A stretch of 44,242 nt of DNA, from positions 1 through 44,242 of the forward strand of contig JBKSMY010000027.1 of NCBI GenBank assembly GCA_046882065.1, read 5' to 3'. The notes beneath the pieces are model-generated. The model had not been told where the DNA came from and searched no databases. It was given only the letters and a program-made list of their open reading frames with translations. A program made the translations under genes and the position numbers. Each line of letters starts with the position of its first letter. Position 1 is the stretch's first letter. Below, piece by piece: positions 1 through 10,282 of the stretch. This DNA is from Alphaproteobacteria bacterium (GTDB lineage: Bacteria > Pseudomonadota > Alphaproteobacteria > Rs-D84).

Positions 1-654
1 TATGGATGCGCCTTCCAGGTGCTGGACCAGATGCATTGCAGCAACATTATCGGATTCCATCCAGTCTAAAATTCGCCCCATCATAGATTCTATGTATTTG
101 GCACTAAGATGTTTGTTTCGGCGAAATTTATTTTCGTTTATCAGGTGGGTTATATCGCGCACCAATCTCGACAGAATTTGTTCTTGTTCAACCCCCAGGA
201 CTGAATTTTGACTGTTTCGGTATAGCAATGTGTCCAGATCATTATGATATTCATGCAGTTTGTTCAAAATATTTGGTGTTAATTTCAGACGTTTTGAAAT
301 TTCCGGCGTGCGCCAAATCAGCATTCGATTCAGGTTTTCAGTTGTTAATTTGCTGCGTACACTCATTGACTCTCGCAACAGTTCGATAATATTCAACATC
401 AGCACATTTAATTTGTCTGTCATGCTGTTAATCATTGTTTGCTTCATTTGATTTGCGATACGCGAATTTGTGTAATCGTACAACAGGAAAACCAACGGAA
501 TAGACAGCAAAGATGCCGAAACGTTAATCGTTAAATCACGCAGGTTTTCGTTTGGTGCATTATCTATTGCGCCAGTGTATAAAATGATGCCACCCGCAAT
601 TGACATTAAATAGGGCAGGGATTTCAAAAAGAATGTACGCAAATTTATCTTCAT
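1..654 (-). CDS. Hypothetical membrane protein, runs off the window edge
   Basis: Not in the ORF track. Manual translation from ATG at 654 is open to position 1 (MKINLRTFFLKSLPYLMSIAGGIILY...), with two N-terminal hydrophobic segments. Confidence 0.75.
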   Translation of the reverse strand, partial: MKINLRTFFLKSLPYLMSIAGGIILYTGAIDNAPNENLRDLTINVSASLLSIPLVFLLYDYTNSRIANQMKQTMINSMTDKLNVLMLNIIELLRESMSVRSKLTTENLNRMLIWRTPEISKRLKLTPNILNKLHEYHNDLDTLLYRNSQNSVLGVEQEQILSRLVRDITHLINENKFRRNKHLSAKYIESMMGRILDWMESDNVAAMHLVQHLEGASI

Positions 655-706
655 ACCCACATACTACACCATCTGTGTGAAATTGGATACAGGAACAATT
701 GCCAGT

Positions 707-1948
707 CTATATCACATCATCGTGGGCATGACGCAAAGTTTTCGCAACGCGTGCAACAGATGCGTTTTTTATTTCACATCTGTCACGAATAAACAATACA
801 GCCCACAATCCGATTGCCACCAAAATCGCCCCCAGTATCAATATACTGTATCGCCAACTGCCCAGCGTTCCGCCCAGTCCAATCAGCAGGCATGTGAATA
901 CATAGACTATATTATCGCCTATGCTGTACAAAGACAAGATTACTGCGCGATATGCCTGGGGCAAGAAATCCTGAAAGCGCGAATACATTAACACATATAA
1001 AGCCGCAAACAATACATACGATGCACCCAACAGCCACAACCCTGATACCGAATAGAATATAGCGAATAAAACATAGCCCAACCCCGCGACACAAATTGTT
1101 GAATACAACATCCAGTCAGGGATTTTTTTGAATCTGTACGCAAACGTCTGTCCCAATACAGTACAGCCCAGGATAAAGAACTGAACCAATCCAACAAATG
1201 CGATTGGCAATCCGATTTCGACGCCAATCGGACTCAGATAATCGTCCAGATAACATATGTTGCTGACCAACAAGGTCAAAACCATCATCAGGAAAATGCA
1301 CGGGGTGCGTACACAAATTCGGGTTCCAGTTTTAAACAAAGTTAAAAAGTGTGTCTTGCGCACATGTTTTCGTTTGGTGTTTTGATGCGCCCGTGGTTTT
1401 ATCCGCCACAGGAAAAATACCGACATTCCCAATATTGCGACAGAAATATAGGTAACCCATTCATACCCCAAAAACATTAACAGTGACCCAAAAGCAGACA
1501 ATGCGCCACCTGCTGCAACGACGTTGGATCGGACACCCAACACGCGCGCATAAATATCGTGGTGTCGTCTTGCGCGCAGTTCATCGTACAACATGCCTTC
1601 GAATGCGACGTTCCAAAACGCTGATTGTACGCCCCATAAAAACATGCCCGTTGCGAACCCTAAAAAGTTAGGATATACCAGCCATAATATAAACGCCACA
1701 GCCTTTAAGCCCTGGGCGAAAATCATAGCATGTTTTTGTCCCAGTTTATTTGTCATCCATGTGACGGGGATTTGCGTCATAAAAGTCCCAACGGACAGAA
1801 TGATAAACATAGAAGATAATTGTAAATCAGATATCCCATGCGCCTGCATAAAAATTGCATAGACCGGCGATAAAAACATCAACTTATTTAAAAACGAAAA
1901 CGCATAAATATTCGATAAAAATTTGCGCAAAGATGATTTCTTTTTCAT
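707..1948 (-). CDS. MFS transporter
   Basis: 413 aa, about 12 hydrophobic segments; paralogous to the neighbouring gene. Confidence 0.85.
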   Translation of the reverse strand: MKKKSSLRKFLSNIYAFSFLNKLMFLSPVYAIFMQAHGISDLQLSSMFIILSVGTFMTQIPVTWMTNKLGQKHAMIFAQGLKAVAFILWLVYPNFLGFATGMFLWGVQSAFWNVAFEGMLYDELRARRHHDIYARVLGVRSNVVAAGGALSAFGSLLMFLGYEWVTYISVAILGMSVFFLWRIKPRAHQNTKRKHVRKTHFLTLFKTGTRICVRTPCIFLMMVLTLLVSNICYLDDYLSPIGVEIGLPIAFVGLVQFFILGCTVLGQTFAYRFKKIPDWMLYSTICVAGLGYVLFAIFYSVSGLWLLGASYVLFAALYVLMYSRFQDFLPQAYRAVILSLYSIGDNIVYVFTCLLIGLGGTLGSWRYSILILGAILVAIGLWAVLFIRDRCEIKNASVARVAKTLRHAHDDVI

Positions 1949-2005
1949 AATCCCATACCTGTTTGTGGGATTATAATCATTAACAGAAAAAAATCATAGT
2001 ATAAA

Positions 2006-3184
2006 TTACGCTGTTGGCAATTTATTTACACCACATCGTCCACGCATGAACAAAACAGCCCACAGTCCCAACGCAATCATCGCGCCGCCCAGAATAATGA
2101 TGCTGAAACGCCAACTGCCCAGCGTTGCCCCCAGCCCAACTATACTGCACACAATCATGTACAAGGCATAGTTTATTGTCGTGTAAAATGACAGCACCAG
2201 CGACCGATGACGTGGTGGTGTCATGTGCTGGAACTGGGAATACAGTAATGTATAAATCCCATAAAACAGCATATACGCAACGCCCATAATCCACAATGCG
2301 CCTGCATTGTAAACGGCGCCAAATCCAATAAATGCGACCCCCACTAAACTAATCAGCATATACAAAAAAATTCTGGATATATTGGCGAATTTATACGCAA
2401 AGCGTTGCCCGATTGTTGCGCACCCCAACAGGAACAGCGAAATAATCCCTACATATTCAGTTGGGATTCCGACCTGCAGCCCAATTGGGCTTAAAAAGTC
2501 ATCCAGATACGGAATATTTATCACCATCAATGTCAGCATCATTACCGACATCAAACACGGCGTGTTCAGGCAAACCTTGATTCCCATGCGAATTAATTTT
2601 CGCATTGAAACCATTTTGACCTGCTGGGTGGCAGTTAGTGTCGGACGATACGGCACCGCCAACAAACAAATCATAGAAATCAATATCGCTGCGACCGATG
2701 CCCACGTCACCCAATCGTACCCCATAAACATCAGCAACGAACCAAACGCGGACAGTGCGGTTCCAACTGATTCATATGTTGCCTTGCGTCCCAAGATTTG
2801 TGAATATTTGCGTCGCGCCCCATACGCAGACACGGAATCATACACCAGTCCTTCGAACGCGACGCTGCGAAATCCGGCCTGAACGCCCCATAAAAACATC
2901 CCAATTGCAAACCCTGGGTAATTTGGCGCACCCAGCCACAGCAGTATCGCAAAAGCCTTTAAAATTTGCCCAACCATCATAGACCAACGTTGTCCCAACC
3001 GATTTGTGATATATGTGATTGGCGCTTGCCCTAAAATAGTACCTATGGCAGAAATTATAAACATAGTGGACAGTTGCAAATCGGTTAAACCGTTTGCCTG
3101 CATAAAAATTGCATAGACGGGTGTCAGCAATAAAAACTTATTAAAAAACGAAAACCCGTACAGCGAAATCAGCAATCTTTTCAT
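2006..3184 (-). CDS. MFS transporter (tandem paralogue)
   Basis: 392 aa. Shares PVYAIFMQA, DLQLS, LSAFGSLLMF, YLDDxLSPIG and TLGSWR with 707..1948. Confidence 0.85.
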   Translation of the reverse strand: MKRLLISLYGFSFFNKFLLLTPVYAIFMQANGLTDLQLSTMFIISAIGTILGQAPITYITNRLGQRWSMMVGQILKAFAILLWLGAPNYPGFAIGMFLWGVQAGFRSVAFEGLVYDSVSAYGARRKYSQILGRKATYESVGTALSAFGSLLMFMGYDWVTWASVAAILISMICLLAVPYRPTLTATQQVKMVSMRKLIRMGIKVCLNTPCLMSVMMLTLMVINIPYLDDFLSPIGLQVGIPTEYVGIISLFLLGCATIGQRFAYKFANISRIFLYMLISLVGVAFIGFGAVYNAGALWIMGVAYMLFYGIYTLLYSQFQHMTPPRHRSLVLSFYTTINYALYMIVCSIVGLGATLGSWRFSIIILGGAMIALGLWAVLFMRGRCGVNKLPTA

Positions 3185-3297
3185 AAGCCGTCCTTTCCAA
3201 GAAAAATATAATCAAATTCCACAAAAAAGTACAGAAAATATTGAAAATTTGTCAAATATACACTATAATAAACAAGATAGATAAAGGTGCGATTGAT

Positions 3298-5694
3298 ATG
3301 GCTAATATGAAAGATTTTTTGACTGCTTATTACAACAGGCTGATATTTCGTGAAATGTCGCACGAGCAATTTGTGCAATTTTGTGGCTATATCAAAGATA
3401 AAAAGGCAACCGACAACCAGAAAATCTGGGCGGAAGAATTATTAAAAAAAGACCCCGTAACAGGTGAGTTTGAAACCGTACCTGGAACAAATATTTACGT
3501 AAGAAAGGATTTGCCCGAACCGCAAGACCCAGCGGACGAAATGTACCTGGGGGCAGACGATAAAGAATGGAAAAAGCTGTTCAAAGCATTTCAGACCGCC
3601 TTTCAGTCAATGGATGGTGCCAAGAAAAGCTTTAAGTATAACGATAAGGCCACGAAATTCCTGGAACGGTATTTTGGTTCTCATGATAGCGGCGGAATAA
3701 CGATACAGCATCTGTTCCAGTACACTAAAGCAACCGTTGCAGGCAAGCAAAAAATTGGTCCAGCCCCCGCGGGGTCAAATATTGTCACATTACATGGTTT
3801 TTTGACCAAGTATAAAAATCGTTTGGAACTGCAGTTGAAAAACTGGGGATTGTTAACAGACGATTTTTCATATGATGATTTGTTGGGTGGAATTGCATCG
3901 GAAAAATATAACAAAAACCCAAAATTCAGAAAGAATCTGGAAAAAGTTGCCCAGGTTATTGACGGTTATATCGCAGGCGACACAACCATGCAACAACGTC
4001 TGGGGATTACAAATCCATCGGAAATCCCAGATTGCAGTGATACGTCCACATGGTTTGACGATGACAATATCTCGGTATTTCGTCTGGAACAATTCAAACA
4101 CGAATACAGAACACTGCTGGACACCCTTCGTCACGAATCCAAAATACGCGAGGTTTTTGAGCAATATGACGACGGTAAAATTTCTGGCCCGTTGAACAAG
4201 GCGATACAGAATCAGTCATACGACGACCCCAAAAGCGATGATTATGTCCTGCCAAAGCGCGAAGATACTCTGACCTTGCCGGAACGCTTGTCTGAATGGT
4301 GGGGCGATACATATTCCGATTGCCTGGAAAAATACGCCAAACTAAAGGGCGACGAACTATTCTTTTCTTTGGAAGCCAAGGCGATATGTAAACACTTGCG
4401 CAAAGATTTAAAAAAGACGGACGGGTTGGACGGTGTATTGAAAAACATTGGCGCCGCCAAAGACAAACTGCAATCCGCACGTGATTTCAAGGCAAAAAAG
4501 CATCTTGAATGGTTTGACAAGACGCTGAACGCATTGAAAAACGACCCAAAATTATCCAAGGTCTGGGCCGGTGCTTTGAAAAATGGCACGCATATGCAGG
4601 CGTTGGTCAAAGAAATCATGATACGCGCAATCAAAGAAGGCAAAAAGGACGAAGCCAAGACCGCGTTGGAACTGATTTCCGTATTACATTACGACTATAC
4701 CACCAGCAAGATTATGGATGCCCTGGGCAAAGAAAAACTAAGCATCTTTTCTGATGGAAAATTGTCTTGGAATAAAAACGAGGGTATGAAATTCGTTACA
4801 ACTGCGCTAGACAAAAGTATTAAAACCGCATTTATGGGTATCGGATACGGTATCACCATGATTGGCAACGCAATCAATTTATCGGGCAGCAAGATTAAAC
4901 AATATTCTGATAAAAGTGGAAATTTCGCGGCCGAACACAACGCCTATTTAGACAAACAGGCCGCCGACAAGGTGGCGCTTGAAAGCTTGCTGACCAGTGA
5001 ACGCGCACAACAAGCCACAACCCAAGCCACCGTTGATGGAATACGACGTGGGCGAACATACGATGTCGCAAAAACAGATATCGAAGCAGAACTTGGAACC
5101 CTGGACGGGGATGTCGCCACAACCCAGGCGGCATTACAGCAACAGATACAAGACTTTACCAATGTTGTGGTTGACGATGCTACGGGAACGCCCCGTATAA
5201 CAGACCGCGATGATATCAATGCAATAAGTGCTTTTTTAAACGAAGTAAATTCAGATTTGGCCGGCGCCACTACGATTGCTGTTCCTGTGCTGAATACACC
5301 AACTGTGACGGTTGGCCCAACAACATATGACCTGGATCATATGATGCGTCGGATATTGTTGCGTCGTCGCGTTTTGGCGGCCAGAACATCTAGCCGTGAT
5401 TCAAAACAATCAGAATTGGATGACCTGGTAAATGGTACCGAATTATTGACGCAGTTAAATGACCAGATAACCAGACACGCCGACGAAGTGCGCAATTGGG
5501 ATGCCAATCATGTTGATGATTTGGAAGAATTGGTTAAATACTGGAATATGTTGGAAACAGGGCGAAACACCAAAACCGGGCCTATGTACAATTGGTTCAG
5601 AAATCTTAGTGCGAAAAACGCACAAAAGCGTTTTAATGGCCAGGTAAGCACCCTAATTGCTGGCTATAACAGTTCGCATTCTATCGCCGCCTAA
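3298..5694 (+). CDS. Large hypothetical protein with C-terminal coiled-coil
   Basis: Long ORF; start placed at ATG 3298 after AAAGGT; no recognisable motif. Confidence 0.8.
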   Translation: MANMKDFLTAYYNRLIFREMSHEQFVQFCGYIKDKKATDNQKIWAEELLKKDPVTGEFETVPGTNIYVRKDLPEPQDPADEMYLGADDKEWKKLFKAFQTAFQSMDGAKKSFKYNDKATKFLERYFGSHDSGGITIQHLFQYTKATVAGKQKIGPAPAGSNIVTLHGFLTKYKNRLELQLKNWGLLTDDFSYDDLLGGIASEKYNKNPKFRKNLEKVAQVIDGYIAGDTTMQQRLGITNPSEIPDCSDTSTWFDDDNISVFRLEQFKHEYRTLLDTLRHESKIREVFEQYDDGKISGPLNKAIQNQSYDDPKSDDYVLPKREDTLTLPERLSEWWGDTYSDCLEKYAKLKGDELFFSLEAKAICKHLRKDLKKTDGLDGVLKNIGAAKDKLQSARDFKAKKHLEWFDKTLNALKNDPKLSKVWAGALKNGTHMQALVKEIMIRAIKEGKKDEAKTALELISVLHYDYTTSKIMDALGKEKLSIFSDGKLSWNKNEGMKFVTTALDKSIKTAFMGIGYGITMIGNAINLSGSKIKQYSDKSGNFAAEHNAYLDKQAADKVALESLLTSERAQQATTQATVDGIRRGRTYDVAKTDIEAELGTLDGDVATTQAALQQQIQDFTNVVVDDATGTPRITDRDDINAISAFLNEVNSDLAGATTIAVPVLNTPTVTVGPTTYDLDHMMRRILLRRRVLAARTSSRDSKQSELDDLVNGTELLTQLNDQITRHADEVRNWDANHVDDLEELVKYWNMLETGRNTKTGPMYNWFRNLSAKNAQKRFNGQVSTLIAGYNSSHSIAA

Positions 5695-5722
5695 GATGCT
5701 GGGCCGTTGTGCGCTAAATCTG

Positions 5723-5750
5723 TTGACAATTGGATGCCGTGTGTAATAAT
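5723..5750 (+). promoter_or_regulatory. Putative sigma70 promoter
   Basis: TTGACA at 5723 with TAATAAT about 16 nt downstream. Confidence 0.45.
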
Positions 5751-5768
5751 CCCCAAAAGGGGTTGATT

Positions 5769-6500
5769 ATGACTACTATTCGCATTCCTTATGCGGTTGG
5801 CAATCTTGGCACTTTCGTCTTCAAAGAGATTTCTTATTCCGAATATGTAAAATATTCCCAGGCGATATCGAAATTACAGAATATCTATCAACAAAAATAT
5901 TCGGGCGAAGTAAACGTTAGTGCCGAACTTGTCCGTTTGCGAAATGATTTGCGAAAAAAACACATACAAACGGAACCTTTGTATGTTGTCGCGAAACAAC
6001 GCCTGGAAGATTTTAAAAAACGGCATCGTTCTATTCTTATCAAGGGCGAGTTGCTAGAAGAGGCAGAAGGCCATGAAAAACTTTCTTGGGTTTTTTCTTT
6101 CTCGTCCAAGGAAGCTGACCTTGCCAGACATTATGAAAAGTACAAGCATATATACGAACAACTGCGTGTATTACGGGGGGAGGTGCACAAATTGGAACCA
6201 TACTCCAAAGAATTTATAAATGAAACCATGTCCCAAGAAGAAAGCAAAGCTAGATACTCGCTAGAATATCGCAATGAAATAAATCTTGAACGCTGGCACA
6301 AACAAAGGGACGAGGATATACGGGATGTAAATCGCATACTTGCCCCAGTCAGGATGTACAGCACGCTTATCCAGAATCTGACGGTCATTGCAAATGGCAC
6401 GATATGCGATGTGTCATGCACTGCCTTGCCGATGTATGGTGGCCGACAACAAACTGTTCGACAAACGCTGATAAATCGTACAGCGCAAATTATACGCTAA
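5769..6500 (+). CDS. Hypothetical helical protein
   Basis: ATG 5769 after AAGGGG; charged, helical composition. Confidence 0.7.
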   Translation: MTTIRIPYAVGNLGTFVFKEISYSEYVKYSQAISKLQNIYQQKYSGEVNVSAELVRLRNDLRKKHIQTEPLYVVAKQRLEDFKKRHRSILIKGELLEEAEGHEKLSWVFSFSSKEADLARHYEKYKHIYEQLRVLRGEVHKLEPYSKEFINETMSQEESKARYSLEYRNEINLERWHKQRDEDIRDVNRILAPVRMYSTLIQNLTVIANGTICDVSCTALPMYGGRQQTVRQTLINRTAQIIR

Positions 6501-6503
6501 TAC

Positions 6504-6532
6504 TTGATTTTTTCATCAATTTATGCTATAAT
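6504..6532 (+). promoter_or_regulatory. Sigma70 promoter with extended -10
   Basis: TTGATT-17 nt-TATAAT, with TG upstream of the -10 (TGCTATAAT). Confidence 0.65.
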
Positions 6533-6540
6533 ACAAACAT

Positions 6541-6601
6541 GCGTCATCGGAAACGGTGGCGTTTGTTTTTTATTTGCCCGCCCAACGGTGGGCGTTTTTT
6601 T
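6541..6601 (+). terminator. Two tandem hairpin plus T-tract elements
   Basis: GCGTCATCG-GAAA-CGGTGGCGT then T-rich; CGCCCA-ACGG-TGGGCG then T7. Confidence 0.6.
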
Positions 6602-6629
6602 ATTTTCATGAAAATCAAAAGGATTATAA

Positions 6630-7196
6630 ATGACTCGTGTACTTCAAATAAGACGCGGAACCACCGCACAAAACAACGATTTTACCGGATTGCCCGGCGA
6701 AATCACAATGGACACAGACGCAAAAACATTGCGTATTCATGACGGTGAAACATTGGGCGGATTTGCCTTGCAACGTGCAGATGTGGCGGCCCCTGGCGCA
6801 TTTGATATAACAACAGTCCCTGATGAGTTTTGGTCGGAAATAGTTGGCAAATATGCGCCCGCGCCATTTTCAATTGTTGAATCAAAACTGTGTCCAATGA
6901 ACAGCAACACCGCATATCTGAATTGTGTATTCGGTGGCGACAAAATGCCACACTTTGTTCGTGTTGCGTTGGTATGTAAAAACGACGAAGCGGGCTATGT
7001 CGCCGGCGATGAAGTCTGGGCATTTGGCATTGGCGAATGGTCAAATATGCAACCGAATTGTTTTATCGATAAAAATGGTCTGAATGTCCGCCTGATGGTG
7101 AATGCAGGTCGGTACTGGACGCATCGTCGCGATACAGGTGCGCCTGTGGAATTGACCGACGAAAACTGGAACATTTTATTCCGAGTTTATTATTGA
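6630..7196 (+). CDS. Phage tail-fibre-like protein with Mtd N-terminal-type domain
   Basis: N-terminus LQIRRGTTAQNNDFTGLPGEITMDTDAKTLRIHDG..GG matches the Mtd_N pattern as I recall it. Confidence 0.7.
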   Translation: MTRVLQIRRGTTAQNNDFTGLPGEITMDTDAKTLRIHDGETLGGFALQRADVAAPGAFDITTVPDEFWSEIVGKYAPAPFSIVESKLCPMNSNTAYLNCVFGGDKMPHFVRVALVCKNDEAGYVAGDEVWAFGIGEWSNMQPNCFIDKNGLNVRLMVNAGRYWTHRRDTGAPVELTDENWNILFRVYY

Positions 7197-7251
7197 AAAC
7201 CGTCTGAAAGATTGCTATGCTGACCGCCGAAGAAGAAAAAAAGGATTCTAC

Positions 7252-8493
7252 ATGTACATACTTGCACTGAATTGTGGTTCTTCGTCCCTGAAGTATCAGG
7301 TCTTTGACGCGGACAGCAAAACCGCCATTGTTGGTGGAAACGTTGAAAAAATCGGTTTGCCAGATTCTTTTGTCACCCAGAAATATCCAGATGGCACAAA
7401 ACAAAAGAAAGAATGCAGCATGCAAAACCATAACGAAGCATTAAACGTTGTTATGTTTATGCTGCGTGAAGCGTCTGTTGACATGAACGAGATTAAGGGT
7501 GTCGGCCACCGTGTTGTATTGGGCGGCGAAAAATTTGCGTCATCCGTTGAAATCAACGACGAAGTTATCAAGACGATTGATGAATTGTCCCAGATTGCCC
7601 CATTGCACAATCCAGCAGCATTGGTTGGTATTGTTGCGGCGCAACAGTTGTTGCCAAACGCGACCCAGGTTGCGGTATTTGATACTGCGTTCCACCAGAC
7701 TATGCCAGATTATGCATATCGCTATGCTGTACCTCGTGCATGGTATTCTGAATTGGGCGTTCGTCGCTATGGATTCCACGGAACCAGCCACCTGTATGTT
7801 TCCAAGGTTGCAGCAAAATTATTGGGTAAACCCGCGAACGAATGTAATCTGATTACATTACATATTGGTTCTGGTGCATCTGCAACTGCAATCCGCAACG
7901 GTGTATCTGTTGACACGTCTTTGGGCATGACACCATTGGCGGGTCTGACAATGGGTACGCGCCCAGGCGACTTGGATCCAGGTGTTGTCTTGTATGTAAT
8001 GCAGCGTTTGGGTCTGACACCTGATCAGATGCAGAAACACTTGAACAAAGATTCTGGTTTGATGGGTATCACAGAATGCTTTGCTGACCGTCGCGACGTC
8101 GAAGGCAACAAGGACACAAACGACCTGTGCCGTCTGGCGATAGAGATGGAAGCGCACAATGTTAAAAAATACATTGGTGCATTTATGGCGGAATTGGGTC
8201 ATGTTGACGCGTTGGTATTCACAGCGGGCGTTGGTGAAAACGACGACTATCTGCGTGAAAAGTTCTGTTCTGGTCTGGAAGAATTGGGTATCAAACTGGA
8301 CAAAGAAAAGAACGCCGCAGCATTGGCTCGCAAGGGTGTTGACAGTGCCGTTATCAGCACAGAAGACAGCCGTATTAAAATCTTGATGGTTGCCACAAAC
8401 GAAGAATTGGTAATTGTCGAAGATACATTGGCAATTATGAACGGAACATACAATCCAAATCATTTGGAAATGGATTACAGTTTCGCAAAATAA
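7252..8493 (+). CDS. ackA: Acetate kinase
   Basis: LNCGSSSLKYQ, GHRVV, APLHNP, VFDTAFHQT, RRYGFHGTSH, FTAGVGEN, TNEE. Confidence 0.97.
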   Translation: MYILALNCGSSSLKYQVFDADSKTAIVGGNVEKIGLPDSFVTQKYPDGTKQKKECSMQNHNEALNVVMFMLREASVDMNEIKGVGHRVVLGGEKFASSVEINDEVIKTIDELSQIAPLHNPAALVGIVAAQQLLPNATQVAVFDTAFHQTMPDYAYRYAVPRAWYSELGVRRYGFHGTSHLYVSKVAAKLLGKPANECNLITLHIGSGASATAIRNGVSVDTSLGMTPLAGLTMGTRPGDLDPGVVLYVMQRLGLTPDQMQKHLNKDSGLMGITECFADRRDVEGNKDTNDLCRLAIEMEAHNVKKYIGAFMAELGHVDALVFTAGVGENDDYLREKFCSGLEELGIKLDKEKNAAALARKGVDSAVISTEDSRIKILMVATNEELVIVEDTLAIMNGTYNPNHLEMDYSFAK

Positions 8494-8504
8494 TCAAACC
8501 AAAT

Positions 8505-8534
8505 AAAAATCCCGCCATTTGGCGGGTTTTTTTT
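8505..8534. terminator. Bidirectional intrinsic terminator
   Basis: AAAAAT-CCCGCC-ATTT-GGCGGG-T8 between convergent ackA and dcd. Confidence 0.85.
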
Positions 8535-9270
8535 ATTTTTGTTTTTCTTTCAAGAATGTATCAATCGGAATAATCGCCGCCGCCGTTGGACCACGTTGGC
8601 CATTATAGTGGCTGTGTGGATTCATGTCATATGGCATACGTTCACCTTCGAATTGTTCGTAATAAATCTGACCGATGCGCATATATGGATAAACGACAGT
8701 TGGATACAGTACGCGAATTTCCAGCGTCCATTCCCCACAGAACCCATCGTCGCCACGTCCCGCGGTGTGATGGTTTAATATAAAATTGCGTCCAACGCTA
8801 GATTTTCCGTCAATATACGGGAACAGGTTGCGCGTTTCTGTGTATTCAACAGTAGCCCCCAGGTAACCGACATCCGGTGATAAAATCAGTCCCCGTTCTG
8901 GGATTTTTATATCAATCGTTTCATGGTGTGTCGGGTTTGTTGGGTCAATCAGATATCGTGGATTGCGAATATCATATTTTTCTGGGTTCGCCAAAAAATC
9001 ACGATAATAATACGGCCCCAGTTTGCTTAAAGAATCCCTTTCACGGCATTCGAACCAATCCTTCATGCTGTGCATGCCTGTGCTGCCTTTGTATTCGATT
9101 GCGGGTTTCATGCCCTTTGGAATAGTATGCTTATACACGCGCAGTGTATCCGCCAAATGTAAATCATAACTGTTCGACCCCAGGCATCGCATATCAAATG
9201 GTTCTATAACAATATCTGGATTTTCTTTTTCCTGCATACGGCGCAGGATTTCGGGACCGGTCAATTGCAT
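8533..9270 (-). CDS. dcd: dCTP deaminase with internal insertion
   Basis: IVIEPF, NSYDLHL, GKSSVGR, AGxGDxGFCGEWTLEI, MRIGQI, YNGQ. Confidence 0.9.
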   Translation of the reverse strand: MQLTGPEILRRMQEKENPDIVIEPFDMRCLGSNSYDLHLADTLRVYKHTIPKGMKPAIEYKGSTGMHSMKDWFECRERDSLSKLGPYYYRDFLANPEKYDIRNPRYLIDPTNPTHHETIDIKIPERGLILSPDVGYLGATVEYTETRNLFPYIDGKSSVGRNFILNHHTAGRGDDGFCGEWTLEIRVLYPTVVYPYMRIGQIYYEQFEGERMPYDMNPHSHYNGQRGPTAAAIIPIDTFLKEKQK

Positions 9271-9381
9271 TTTTTATCCTTTTTACGTTTGCCCCACCTA
9301 CACGAATTGTTTTTAGCACAACCGCGCACATTTTTTCAAGATTTTATTTACTTTTACAAATGGTGTGCTATGGTTTTTATC

Positions 9382-10278
9382 ATGACAGAAAAAACATATT
9401 CCGGCTTTGTTGCCATTATCGGCCCGACGAACGCGGGCAAAAGCACTTTGTTAAATCAAATCATGGGACGCAAGGTGTCCATTGTTTCGCACAAGGTTCA
9501 GACCACGCGTACACGTTTGCGTGCCGTCAAAATGGTTGGCGAAAAGCAGTTGATTTTCGTTGATACCCCTGGCGTGTTTAAGCCGTCGCGCAGACTGGAT
9601 CGTGCAATGGTCGCTGCTGCTATGGATGCTGTGTCCGACGCGGATGCGGTGTTGTTATTGGTTGATGCGCAAAAGGGCATTACCGAAACAATTCGTGCGC
9701 TGGCTGAAAAGATTAAGGACAGAAAAAACATCTTTGTCGCATTGAACAAGGTTGACGCGATTGCGAAACTAGAATTACTGCCAATGGTTGCAGAATTGAA
9801 TGAACTTGCGCCTTGGTCTGAAATATTTATGATTTCCGCATTGAAAAATGATGGTGTTGAAAAAATGTTGACTGCGCTGGCGGATGTTATGCCAGAAAGC
9901 CCATATTTATTTGACACGGTTGATGCACCCGATGTTCCTGATGAACTGTACCTGGCGGAATTGACGCGCGAAAAGATTTACAAATATATTCACCAAGAAT
10001 TGCCATATCATATCAACGTCGTAACCGAACGCGTTGATGTAGACGCGGACGGCGTTCTGGACATTTATCAAAAAATTGCGGTCCGCAACGAAGGACACAA
10101 AAAGATTGTTGTCGGTCGCGGTGGTGCCCAGTTAAAACAGATTGGTACAGCGGCGCGCCATGATATCCAAGACCAATGGGGCGTAAATGCCCGTCTGCAT
10201 CTGTTTGTGCGTGTTGAGCCTGATTGGGAAGACAAGGCTGAAAACTACATTGACCAAGGTTTGGAATTCAAGAAATAA
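9382..10278 (+). CDS. era: GTPase Era
   Basis: SGFVAIIGPTNAGKST, KVQTTR, DTPG, NKVD, C-terminal KH domain. Confidence 0.96.
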   Translation: MTEKTYSGFVAIIGPTNAGKSTLLNQIMGRKVSIVSHKVQTTRTRLRAVKMVGEKQLIFVDTPGVFKPSRRLDRAMVAAAMDAVSDADAVLLLVDAQKGITETIRALAEKIKDRKNIFVALNKVDAIAKLELLPMVAELNELAPWSEIFMISALKNDGVEKMLTALADVMPESPYLFDTVDAPDVPDELYLAELTREKIYKYIHQELPYHINVVTERVDVDADGVLDIYQKIAVRNEGHKKIVVGRGGAQLKQIGTAARHDIQDQWGVNARLHLFVRVEPDWEDKAENYIDQGLEFKK

Positions 10279-10282
10279 AAAC

